DNA from: Eledone cirrhosa
Taxonomy: Eukaryota
Direction of reading: 5' to 3'
NCBI GenBank assembly: GCA_964016885.1
Contig: OZ024741.1
Span: 217,000,001-217,064,000, forward strand
DNA: 64,000 bases
Shown: positions 12,701 through 25,699 of the stretch, piece by piece
How positions within the stretch are numbered: position 1 is the stretch's first letter
Layout: each line of letters opens with the position of its first letter
Program-made: the position numbers and the translations under genes
Notes under the pieces: generated by a model
What the model was told of the DNA's origin: nothing
Seen by the model: only the letters and a program-made list of their open reading frames with translations
The model's database searches: none

Positions 12701-15700
12701 CTATATATTGGTGTAGGTATATATAGCTATACTGTGTCTATATATTGGTGTAGATATATAGCTATGCTGTGTCTATATATTGGTGTAGGTATATATATAG
12801 CTATACTGTGTCTATATATTGGTGTAGGTATATATATAGCTATGCTGTGTCTATATATTGGTGTAGGTATATATAGCTATACTGTGTGTATATATTGGTG
12901 TAGATATATAGTTATACTGTGTCTATATATTGGTGTAGGTATATAGCTATGTTGTGTCTATATATTGGTGTAGGTATATATAGCTACACTGTGTCTATAT
13001 ATTGGTGTAGGTATATATAGCTATACTGTGTCTATATATTGGTGTAGGTATATATAGCTATACTGTGTCTATATATTGGTGTAGATATATATAGCTACAC
13101 TGTGTCTATATATTGGTGTAGATATATAGCTACACTGTGTCTATATATTGGTGTAGATATATAGCTACACTGTGTCTATATATTGGTGTAGATATATAGC
13201 TACACTGTGTCTATATATTGGTGTAGATATATAGCTATGCTGTGTCTATATATTGGTGTAGATATATAGTTATACTGTGTCTATATATTGGTGTAGGTAT
13301 ATATAGCTATACTGTGTCTATATATTGGTGTAGGTATATATAGCTACACTGTGTCTATATATTGGTGTAGGTATATATAGCTATACTGTGTCTATATATT
13401 GGTGTAGGTATATATAGCTACACTGTGTCTATATATTGGTGTAGATATATAGCTACACTGTGTCTATATATTGGTGTAGATATATAGCTATACTGTGTCT
13501 ATATATTGGTGTAGGTATATATAGCTATACTGTGTCTATATATTGGTGTAGATATATAGCTATGCCGTGTCTATATATTGGTGTAGGTATATATAGCTAT
13601 ACTGTGTCTATATATTGGTGTAGGTATATATAGCTATGCTGTGTCTATATATTGGTGTAGGTATATATAGCTATACTGTGTCTATATATTGGTGTAGGTA
13701 TATATAGCTATACTGTGTCTATTGGTGTATATATATATAGCTATGCTGTGTCTATTGGTGTAGATATATAGCTATACTGTGTCTATATATTGGTGTAGAT
13801 ATATAGCTACACTGTGTCTATATATTGGTGTAGATATATAGCTATACTGTGTCTATATATTGGTGTAGGTATATATAGCTACACTGTATCTATATATTGG
13901 TGTAGATATATAGCTATACTGTGTCTATATATTGGTGTAGATATATAGTTATACTGTGTCTATATATTGGTGTAGATATATAGCTATGCTGTGTCTATAT
14001 ATTGGTGTAGGTATATATAGCTACACTGTGTCTATATATTGGTGTAGATATATAGCTACACTGTGTCTATATATTGGTGTAGGTATATATATAGCTATGC
14101 TGTGTCTATATATTGGTGTAGATATATAGCTATACTGTGTCTATATATTGGTGTAGATATATATAGCTATACTGTGTCTATATATTTGTGTGGATATATA
14201 GCTATGCTGTGTCTATATATTGGTGTAAGTATATATAGCTACACTGTGTCTATATATTGGTGTAGATATATATAGCTACACTGTGTCTATTGGTGTAGGT
14301 ATATATAGCTATGCTCTGTCTATATATTGGTGTAGGTATATAGCTACACTGTGTCTATATATTGGTGTAGGTATATATAGCTATGCTGTGTCTATATATT
14401 GGTGTAGGTATATATAGCTACACTGTGTCTATTGGTGTAGGTATATATAGCTATACTGTGTCTATTGGTGTAGGTATATAGCTATGCTGTGTCTATATAT
14501 TGGTGTAGGTATATATAGCTATACTGTGTCTATATATTGGTGTAGGTATATATAGTTATGCTGTGTCTATATATTGGTGTAGGTATATATAGCTACACTG
14601 TGTCTATATATTGGTGTAGGTATATATAGCTATACTGTGTCTATTGGTATAGGTATATATAGCTATGCTGTGTCTATATATTGGTGTAGATATATAGCTA
14701 CACTGTGTCTATATATTGGTGTAGGTATATATAGCTACACTGTGTCTATATATTGGTGTAGGTATATATAGCTACGCTGTGTCTATATATTGGTGTAGGT
14801 ATATAGCTATGCTGTGTCTATATATTGGTGTAGGTATATATAGCTATGCTGTGTCTATATATTGGTGTAGGTATATATAGCTATGCTGTGTCTATATATT
14901 GGTGTAGATATATAGCTATGCTGTGTCTATATATTGGTGTAGATATATAGCTACACTGTGTCTATATATTGGTGTAGGTATATATAGCTATACTGTGTCT
15001 ATATATTGGTGTAGATATATATAGCTATGCTGTGTCTATATATTGTTGTAGATATATAGCTATACTGTGTCTATATATTGGTGTAGGTATATATAGCTAC
15101 ACTGTGTCTATATATTGGTGTAGATATATAGTTATACTGTGTCTATATATTGGTGTAGATATATAGTTATACTGTGTCTATATATTGGTGTAGATATATA
15201 GCTATGCTGTGTCTATATATTGGTGTAGGTTTATATAGCTATGCTGTGTCTATATATTGGTGTAGATATATAGTTATACTGTGTCTATATATTGGTGTAG
15301 GTATATAGCTATACTGTGTCTATATATTGGTGTAGGTATATATAGCTACACTGTGTCTATATATTGGTGTAGGTATATATAGCTACACTGTGTCTATATA
15401 TTGGTGTAGATATATAGCTACACTGTGTCTATATATTGGTGTAGGTATATATATAGCTATGCTGTGTCTATATATTGGTGTAGATATATAGCTATACTGT
15501 GTCTATATATTGGTGTAGATATATATAGCTATACTGTGTCTATATATTTGTGTGGATATATAGCTATGCTGTGTCCATATATTGGTGTAAGTATATATAG
15601 CTACACTGTGTCTATATATTGATGTAGATATATATAGCTACACTGTGTCTATTGGTGTAGGTATATATAGCTATGCTCTGTCTATATATTGGTGTAGGTA

Positions 15701-18700
15701 TATAGCTACACTGTGTCTATATATTGGTGTAGGTATATATAGCTATGCTGTGTCTATATATTGGTGTAGGTATATATAGCTACACTGTGTCTATTGGTGT
15801 AGGTATATATAGCTATACTGTGTCTATTGGTGTAGGTATATAGCTATGCTGTGTCTATATATTGGTGTAGGTATATATAGCTATACTGTGTCTATATATT
15901 GGTGTAGGTATATATAGTTATGCTGTGTCTATATATTGGTGTAGGTATATATTGCTACACTGTGTCTATATATTGGTGTAGGTATATATAGCTATACTGT
16001 GTCTATTGGTATAGGTATATATAGCTATGCTGTGACTATATATTGGTGTAGATATATAGCTACACTGTGTCTATATATTGGTGTAGGTATATATAGCTAC
16101 ACTGTGTCTATATATTGGTGTAGGTATATATAGCTACGCTGTGTCTATATATTGGTGTAGGTATATAGCTATGCTGTGTCTATATATTGGTGTAGGTATA
16201 TATAGCTATGCTGTGTCTATATATTGGTGTAGGTATATATAGCTATGCTGTGTCTATATATTGGTGTAGATATATAGCTATGCTGTGTCTATATATTGGT
16301 GTAGATATATAGCTACACTGTGTCTATATATTGGTGTAGGTATATATAGCTATACTGTGTCTATATATTGGTGTAGATATATATAGCTATGCTGTGTCTA
16401 TATATTGGTGTAGGTATATATAGCTATGCTGTGTCTATATATTGGTGTAGATATATAGCTATGCTGTGTCTATATATTGGTGAAGGTATATATAGCTACA
16501 CTGCGTCTATATATTGGTGTAGATATATATAGCTACACTGTGTCTATATATTGGTGTAGATATATAGCTATGCTGTGTCTATATATTGGTGTAGGTATAT
16601 ATAGCTATACTGTGTCTATATATTGGTGTGGGTATATATAGCTACACTGTGTCTATTGGTGTAGGTATATATAGCTACACTGTGTCTATATATTGGTGTA
16701 GGTATATATAGCTACGCTGTGTCTATATATTGGTGTAGGTATATAGCTATGCTGTGTCTATATATTGGTGTAGGTATATATAGCTATACTGTGTCTATAT
16801 ATTGGTGTAGATATATATAGCTATGCTGTGTCTATATATTGGTGTAGATATATAGCTACACTGTGTCTATATATTGGTGTAGGTATATATAGCTATACTG
16901 TGTCTATATATTGGTGTAGATATATATAGCTATGCTGTGTCTATATATTGGTGTAGGTATATATAGCTATGCTGTGTCTATATATTGGTGTAGATATATA
17001 GCTATGCTGTGTCTATATATTGGTGTAGGTATATATAGCTACACTGTGTCTATATATTGGTGTAGATATATATAGCTACACTGTGTCAATATATTGGTGT
17101 AGAGATATAGCTATGCTGTGTCTATATATTGGTGTAGGTATATATAGCTATACTGTGTCTATATATTGGTGTAGGTATATATAGCTATGCTGTGTCTATA
17201 TATTGGTGTAGGTATATATAGCTACACTGTGTCTATATAATGGTGTAGGTATATATAGCTATACTGTGTCTATTGGTGTAGGTATATATAGCTATGCTGT
17301 GTCTATATATTGGTGTAGATATATAGCTACACTGTGTCTATATATTGGTGTAGGTATATATAGCTACACTGTGTCTATATATTGGTGTAGGTATATATAG
17401 CTACGCTGTGTCTATATATTGGTGTAGGTATATAGCTATGCTGTGTCTATATATTGGTGTAGGTATATATAGCTATACTGTGTCTATATATTGGTGTAGA
17501 TATATATAGCTATGCTGTGTCTATATATTGGTGTAGATATATAGCTACACTGTGTCTATATATTGGTGTAGGTATATATAGCTATACTGTGTCTATATAT
17601 TGGTGTAGATATATATAGCTATGCTGTGTCTATATATTGGTGTAGGTATATATAGCTATGCTGTGTCTATATATTGGTGTAGATATATAGCTATGCTGTG
17701 TCTATATATTGGTGTAGGTATATATAGCTACACTGTGTCTATATATTGGTGTAGATATATATAGCTACACTGTGTCAATATATTGGTGTAGATATATAGC
17801 TATGCTGTGTCTATATATTGGTGTAGGTATGTATAGCTATACTGTGTCTATGTATTGGTGTAGATATATAGCTATGCTGTGTCTATATATTGGTGTAGGT
17901 ATATATAGCTACACTGTGTCTATATATTGGTGTAGGTATATATAGCTACACTGTGTCTATTGGTGTAGGTATATATAGCTACACTGTGTCTATATATTGG
18001 TGTAGGTATATATAGCTACACTGTGTCTATATATTGGTGTAGGTATATATAGCTATGCTGTGTCTATATATTGGTGTAGGTATATATAGCTATACTGTGT
18101 CTATATATTGGTGTAGATATATAGTTATACTATGTCTATATATTGGTGTAGGTATATATAGCTATGTTGTGTCTATATATTGGTGTAGATATATATAGCT
18201 ACACTGTGTCTATATATTGGTGTAGGTATATATAGCTATGCTGTGTCTATATATTGGTGTAGATATATATAGCTATGCTGTGTCTATATATTGGTGTAGA
18301 TATATATAGCTATGCTGTGTCTATATATTGGTGTAAATATATATAGCTATGCTGTGTCTATATATTGGTGTAGGTATATATAGCTATGCTGTGTCTATAT
18401 ATTGGTGTAGATATATAGCTACACTGTGTCTATATATTGGTGTAGATATATAGCTATACTGTGTCTATATATTGGTGTAGGTATATATAGCTATGCTGTG
18501 TCTATATATTGGTGTAGATATATAGCTACACTGTGTCTATATATTGGTGTAGGTATATATAGCTATGCTGTGTCTATATATTGGTGTAGGTATATATAGC
18601 TATACTGTGTCTATATATTGGTGTAGGTATATATAGCTATGCTGTGTGTATATATTGGTGTAGGTATATATAGCTATGCTGTGTCTATATATTGGTGTAG

Positions 18701-19781
18701 ATATATATAGCTACACTGTGTCTATATATTGGTGTAGATATATATAGCTATGCTGTGTCTATATATTGGTGTAGGTATATATAGCTATGCTGTGTCTATA
18801 TATTGGTGTAGATATATAGCTATACTGTGTCTATATATTGGTGTAGGTATATATAGCTATGCTGTGTCTATATATTGGTGTAGATATATAGCTACACTGT
18901 GTCTATATATTGGTGTAGGTATATATAGCTATGCTGTGTCTATATATTGGTGTTGGTATATATAGCTATACTGTGTCTATATATTGGTGTAGGTATATAT
19001 AGCTATGCTGTGTGTATATATTGGTGTAGGTATATATAGCTACACTGTGTCTATATATTGGTGTAGGTATATATAGCTATGCTATGTGTATATATTGGTG
19101 TAGGTATATATAGCTATGCTGTGTCTATATATTGGTGTAGATATATATAGCTACACTGTGTCTATATATTGGTGTAGATATATATAGCTATGCTGTGTCT
19201 ATATATTGGTGTAGGTATATATAGCTATGCTGTGTCTATATATTGGTGTAGATATATAGCTCTTCTGTGTCTATATATTGGTGTAGGTATATATAGCTAT
19301 ACTGTGTCTATATATTGGTGTTGGTATATATAGCTACACTGTGTCTATATATTGGTGTAGGTATATATTGCTATGCTGTGTCTATTGGTGTAGGTATATA
19401 TAGCTACACTGTGTCTATATATTGGTGTAGGTATATATAGCTATACTGTGTCTATTGGTGTAGGTATATAGCTATGCTGTGTCTATATATTGGTGTAGGT
19501 ATATATTGCTATGCTGTGTCTATATATTGGTGTAGATATATAGCTATACTGTGTCTATATATTGGTGTAGGTATATATAGCTATACTGCGTCTATATATT
19601 GGTGTAGATATATAGCTATGCTGTGTCTATATATTGGTGTAGATATATAGCTATACTGTGTCTATATATTTGTGTAGGTATATATAGCTATGCTGTGTCT
19701 ATATATTGGTGTAGGTATATCTAGCTGTACTGTGTCTATATATTGGTATAGGTATATATAGCTACACTGTGTCTATTGGTG

Positions 19782-19816
<35 letters not shown>

Positions 19817-19900
19817 ATATATTTATAGCTATACTGCGTCTATTGGTGTATATATATATATATAGCTGTACTGTGTCTATATATTGGTGTAGGTATATTT
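6770..19900. repeat. ~33-39-bp satellite (consensus gctatactgtgtctatatattggtgtaggtatatata), ~13 kb, roughly 360 units, with higher-order duplications
   Basis: Direct reading; the rare variant atttgtgtggatata recurs at ~9574, 11640, 14185 and 15547. Confidence 0.97.
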
Positions 19901-19964
19901 GAAGAAGAAGAAGAAGAAGAAGAAGAAGAAGAAGAAGAAGAAGAAGAAGAAGAAGAAGAAGAAG

Positions 19965-19994
<30 letters not shown>
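19901..19994. repeat. (GAA)n microsatellite terminating the satellite
   Basis: About 31 perfect GAA units. Confidence 0.95.
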
Positions 19995-19995
<1 letters not shown>

Positions 19996-20141
19996 TTTTC
20001 TCCACCACCGCCATCATCTATATCATAAGAATTAGCCGATATGTCATGCCTCCATATTTTGAATATTAATTAATGTTGTAGTTGTTACATTGGCTATGGT
20101 ACAGCTTTTCTTGAACTGTAACTAATGTAGCAATCTTTCTC

Positions 20142-20247
<106 letters not shown>

Positions 20248-20519
20248 ACTCCCTCTATCTCTATCTCTATCTCTCTCTCCCTCCCTCCCTCTCTCTCTCA
20301 CTCTTTATATATATATATATATATTTAATATAGAAATGGCTTCTACAGGACTAGAACTGTTTCATTCGGAGGAAATCATCAGGAAAGCCGACTGTCAATG
20401 TGTTATGGTGGTATTTATACATTTTCTGGCGGTAGGGGAGGGTGGTCATTGGCTGATGGATTTAAAGAAAGTGGATCCTTTAAAAAAAACTATATTTAGA
20501 GAAAAAAAAAATATATATA

Positions 20520-20832
20520 TAAATGGAAAAAAATGAAATTTCATTTCTCACTCTTAGTACGGCTGATACTTAAATATAAGTATGTATACGTACATACATA
20601 TATGTATACAGACGTACAATAGTATGTATATACATACATACATGCACACATATATATATGTACGTATAAATTTACCGAACATTTATTATAACGCTCGGTT
20701 TGTTAACAGCCCGAATTATTAACCGTACAGTGTTCGGCAACCATCGTTGCCATTTTGTTCAACACTGACAAAGGAATGATGAACTAGTTTCTAGCTTATT
20801 AGCTGTCATCAGTACCGTATACTTTCCTGTCA
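20520..20832 (-). mobile_element. Hammerhead-bearing dispersed repeat (probable PLE pLTR remnant), copy 1
   Basis: Minus 20776-20818 reads acggta-CTGATGA-cagctaataagcta-GAAA-ctag-TT-catcat; same family as 23900-24275 and 46168-46510. Confidence 0.7.
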
Positions 20833-21120
20833 GTAAAAAAATTCGTTATAACGGTATTCGTTATAACGGAATTTTACCTGTATGTCTATTTATACAATTC
20901 ATTTTTGAATTTGTTTTGCGAGATTTCTATCTGAAAACGTTTGTTTAAACAGATATTGTTATACTTTGGGAGGGTCATGCTGCCAATAAAAATACACGTA
21001 CCTTGGTTTTCACTTCATTTTATTATAAGTTTCCGAAAAACATCCCAGTTAGATAATGAGGATTTCATACGAATGAAACAGATCTAGCTGTAGAAAGTGT
21101 GTTAAGATACCAGGTGTACT

Positions 21121-21204
<84 letters not shown>

Positions 21205-21205
<1 letters not shown>

Positions 21206-21396
21206 ACGAGTAGGACCCCGACGGCTGAGCTCAAGCCGTTTCGACGGCTAATTCTGGACTCCAGAATTAGCCGTCGAAACGGCTTGAGCTCAGCCGTCGG
21301 GGTCCTACTCGTTCCTATTACCCACTCTACTACCTTAAGTATTGAATACTTTGGTGCGTTATGGTCCATCTGGTTCCTTACCACATTTCCTTCGTT

Positions 21397-21410
<14 letters not shown>
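21205..21410. repeat. ~109-bp palindrome (21205-21313) plus tail; family also at 21735-21858 and 45955-46147
   Basis: aacgagtaggaccccgacggctgagctcaagccgtttcgacggctaattctgga-c-tccagaattagccgtcgaaacggcttgagctcagccgtcggggtcctactcgtt, flanked by (TA)n. Confidence 0.85.
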
Positions 21411-21428
<18 letters not shown>

Positions 21429-21467
21429 ATATTAAATAAATGGAAACTATATTTATAAAACCATATT

Positions 21468-21530
21468 TATTTTATTATATATATTTCAAGGGTACCAAAA
21501 GACTTTGGTACGCTTTCTTCAGATAAAATA
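21468..21530 (-). ncRNA. Minimal type I hammerhead ribozyme, intact core
   Basis: tattttat-CTGAAGA-aagcgtaccaaa/tttggtaccctt-GAAA-tatata-TA^-ataaaata; all core nucleotides present. Confidence 0.8.
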
Positions 21531-21698
21531 CAAAGTTTGTTTTATAAATAGAGACATACCCAGGAAAATCATACCTTATTAGTTGGATATTCTCCGGATA
21601 TCATTGAATATTTACACCAGAAAGCTGTTGAGTGCTCTAAATCAGTTATAAACATATTTATATTTGTCGGATTTCCAACAAATTAAATATCCCTTCTA

Positions 21699-21737
<39 letters not shown>

Positions 21738-21863
21738 CAAAGGAAATGTGGTAAGGAACCAGATGGACCATAACGCACCAAAGTACTCAATACTTAGGGA
21801 GTGGACGAATTAGCCGTCGAAACGGCTTGAGCTCAGCCGTCGGGGTCCTACTCGTTCTCATAT

Positions 21864-21895
<32 letters not shown>

Positions 21896-21909
21896 CCTTC
21901 AGTTCTACT

Positions 21910-22008
<99 letters not shown>

Positions 22009-22239
22009 CGTCTCTCTATCTATTTATCTATTTATCTACCTATCTATCTCCCTGTAATGTGTTGTCAGAAATATCTCTACCCTCTACCAACCAAAAATCA
22101 CTCTTAAGAAACTTAGAAACTTACACGCTTAAACTTTCTGCTGATACAATTTCCGTTTTTTTTAATGTTTTTGTTATTTTTGTGTTGTCTTTTTGGGCGG
22201 GGGTGGTCACATTTTAATTTTGTTCTTCAAGCTTCTCTT

Positions 22240-22295
<56 letters not shown>

Positions 22296-22459
22296 TTCTC
22301 TTTCTTTCTCTCTCTTTCTCTCTCTTTCTCTCTCTCACTCTGCCTGTGTGTCTCTTTCTTCCTCTATCTCTCTCACTCTTTCTGTCTATATCTTTCTCTC
22401 TTTCCTTTTCTGTCTCTCACTCTCTTTCTTTCTCCCCCTCTCTCTCCCTCTCTCCCTCA

Positions 22460-22536
<77 letters not shown>

Positions 22537-22758
22537 TATATATTACATTTTATTTTATTTTATGATGTATATTCTAATTTTTATTTTATATTTCTTTATT
22601 ACTTCTTTCCATAGAACTCGTTTAATCATCAATCGTATATTTATGGTTGTTGTTACTGTTGTTGTTGTTGTTGTTACTGTTGCTAATGCTGTAGCTTTTG
22701 TTTCTGCTGCTGCTGTTGTTGTTGTCGTTGCTGCTGCTAATGGTGTCATTTCTATATA

Positions 22759-22828
<70 letters not shown>

Positions 22829-22935
22829 ATTGCTGCTGCTGCTGCTGCTGCTGCTGCTCCCGCTGCTGCTAATTCTGTCATTTCTATATATGCTGCTGCT
22901 GTTGTTGTTGCTTTTGTTGTTATTGTTGTTGTTGT
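21910..22935. repeat. Compound microsatellites (CT)n, (TA)n, (GTT)n, (GCT)n
   Basis: Direct reading; they account for the low-complexity ORFs at 22165-22978. Confidence 0.9.
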
Positions 22936-23256
22936 TCCAGGTAAATTCCTCTTAACAGGTGAACTAGACAAACCTTAGCTCTATAACTTCCTAGTGTTTA
23001 AGAAACTGCAAAATACAATACCTTAATCTTAAAACACAAAAAAACAATCGTTAATCTAAATTTAGGTAAAACTTTTTTAATTATGTCTAAGAAACAATTT
23101 ATTTTTAAATTAGTTTCTTCTAGAAATTTATGATTATTTTACATATTTTATTTTCATTTATTTGTTTATTTATTTATTTATTTATTATTTTATTATTATT
23201 TATTTATTTTTCTTTTGGCAAATGAAAATTCATTCAGTTTCCGGATTTCCGTTAAT

Positions 23257-23394
23257 ATGAGAAGAAGAATATACATAGTTTTTCAATATGTTCCGTATTT
23301 ATATTTCCATCTTATATTGTTGGTGTTCTGCATTGGAGTAGATTCTAGAATTGAGGATAAAAGAATGGTAAATGACCTGGGTAAGCTTTGTCAG
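23257..23394 (+). CDS. Putative exon 1 (signal peptide) of the LPMO-like/mucin gene
   Basis: MRRRIYIVFQYVPYLYFHLILLVFCIGVDS|RIEDKRMVNDLGKLCQ: basic N-region, hydrophobic core, V-x-S cleavage-like site. Ends CAG|GTAGGT in phase 0, matching the phase-0 acceptor at 30528. An alternative donor GTAAGC at 23381 would be phase 1. Confidence 0.55.
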
Positions 23395-23622
23395 GTAGGT
23401 AACTCCTCTTTACTTCTTTATCGAAAAGGAATCGTTAATATCGTTAAATACCTGGGCAACCTTCCTCCAGTATTCTCTTCTGACTTCTCCCTTCTCACTT
23501 TCGCCATCTCACCATTATATTTCTCTTTCACCACGAAAATAAGCATCAAACTAACATATTTCTTCATTGTACTGTGTCGTTTGCTCTGTTATTTCTGTTT
23601 ACATTTCACATACGTATATATA

Positions 23623-23740
23623 AAGGCGTGTGGCTCAGTGGTTAGAGAATTGGATTCGCAATCGTAAGGTTGTGAGTTCGATTCCTGGACAGGGCGATGC
23701 GTTATGTCCTTGAGCAAGACACTTTATTTCACGTTGCTCC
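23623..23740 (+). mobile_element. tRNA-derived CORE-type SINE head, truncated
   Basis: A box tggctcagtggtta, B box gagttcgattcc, CORE-like ccttgagcaagacacttta. Confidence 0.7.
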
Positions 23741-23899
23741 TTCTACCAGGAGTGGCGACCGATAGATAGTATTAGCAATTGGAAAGACCAACGGAAACAG
23801 TGTTTCGTCGGTCCGATTTGACGAAAGTCGATCGTTCCTCTATATATATATATATATATGTGTGTGTATGTATGTATATATGTATATATGTATATATAT

Positions 23900-24385
23900 A
23901 TAAATGGAATAGAATGAAACGAAATTTCATTTCTCACTCTTAGCCGGCACTTACTTAAATGCAAGTATGTATGTATGTATACGTACATACATATATGTAT
24001 ACAGACGTACAGTAGTATGTATATATATACATACATGCACACATATATATATGCACGTATCGGTTTACCGAACATTTATTATAATGCTCGGTTTGTTTGT
24101 TTGTAAACAAACAAACAGCCCGAATTACGCCGTACAGTGTTTAGGAAACCACGTCACCTTTTTGTTCAACACTGACACAGGAACAATGTACTAGTTTCAA
24201 GCTTATTAGCTATCGACAGCATCGTATACCTTCCTGCCAGATGGTTGAACGTCTGAAAGTATATACTTTCCTTATGCATTATAATAAATGTTCGGTAAAC
24301 CGATACGTGCATATATATATGTGTGCATGTATGTATATATATATACATACTACTGTACGTCTGTATACATATATGTATGTACATG

Positions 24386-24400
<15 letters not shown>
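23900..24400. mobile_element. Hammerhead-bearing dispersed repeat, copy 2, with a partial inverted arm (24278-24400)
   Basis: Minus 24183-24225 reads acgatg-CTGTCGA-tagctaataagctt-GAAA-ctag-TA^-cattgt. The arm gcattataataaatgttcggtaaaccg is the reverse complement of 24060-24087. Confidence 0.75.
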
Positions 24401-24445
<45 letters not shown>

Positions 24446-24480
24446 CAAAAGGGATATTCAATTTGTTGGTAATTCAACAA

Positions 24481-24539
24481 ATTTTATCTGATGAAAGCGT
24501 ACCAAAGTTTTGGTACCCTTGAAATATATATAATAGAAT
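24481..24539 (+). ncRNA. Minimal type I hammerhead ribozyme, intact core (same family as 21468-21530)
   Basis: attttat-CTGATGA-aagcgtaccaaa/tttggtaccctt-GAAA-tatata-TA^-atagaat. Confidence 0.8.
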
Positions 24540-24859
24540 AAATATGGTTTTATAAATATAGTTTCCATTTATTTAATATCATTGTGTATATATATATATA
24601 TATAGTATTAATATATAATAGAAAAAAAGAATCAGTGTTGCATCATATGCATATTTAATTCCATATTACATATGTTTCACTGTCGATCAGCTCGAGCAAC
24701 AATCTTTAATGATCGAACCTGACTCTGAATGAAACTAGGATCGAGGTCTGAGTCAGCATACAGTTGGCTTTGCCTGAACATATGAATTTCCGTTCGAAGT
24801 TGCTCCTATGGTGATCGGATGATCTTCTGTAGGAACCACAATCGATAATCCATGCAGTA

Positions 24860-25112
<253 letters not shown>

Positions 25113-25699
25113 TTAGAAAACCCCATCAAGTTCAAGGAGTCTTTGGACAAATTCCTTCAAGAAATCTCGGATAAGCCTCCGAATTATTTTATTTAATTTA
25201 GAGATTCTCTTTATAAAAGCTTTACTATTCATTAATTTTCATTTAATTCCTAGAATCAAACTGTAGTTATATTTACTCTCAAAAGTTTTATTTCATTAAT
25301 TTAATGAAAGGTTATATTTACTTCTGTATTTACTTATTTTGATATATAGTTTCCTTTTAATGATAGTCTATATATTATTAATTTACATATTTCATATTTA
25401 ATATATTTTAGCAAGCTAGTCACAAAGAAATTTTTACGGACAATGTAAAGAAAAGGAAGATAACTCATTCACCATATACAAGCATTTGTAACTCATTTCT
25501 ATTCTCACGTCCAGCGATATTTCGAAAGACATAAATCATCTATTGTATTTATCATAATTGATGTCTAGTTAAATATTGAACTGTCCTAATCAAAGCATAG
25601 AATAACGATACTCTTAATGAAATTATTCTAATACATATAAATAACAATAAATTATTACTACAATAAGGCAAAACTTATATATATATTTAAATTATTAAC

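Noticed and set aside
3960-19900. CRISPR-like regular repeats and the ORFs in the satellites (MSIYWCRYI...)
   Set aside because: Head-to-tail monomers without unique spacers, no cas genes, eukaryotic context; the ORFs are translations of the repeat.
22165-22978. Poly-Leu/Val/Thr/Ser-Leu ORFs resembling membrane proteins or mucins
   Set aside because: Produced by (CT)n, (GTT)n and (GCT)n microsatellites; no splice or domain support.
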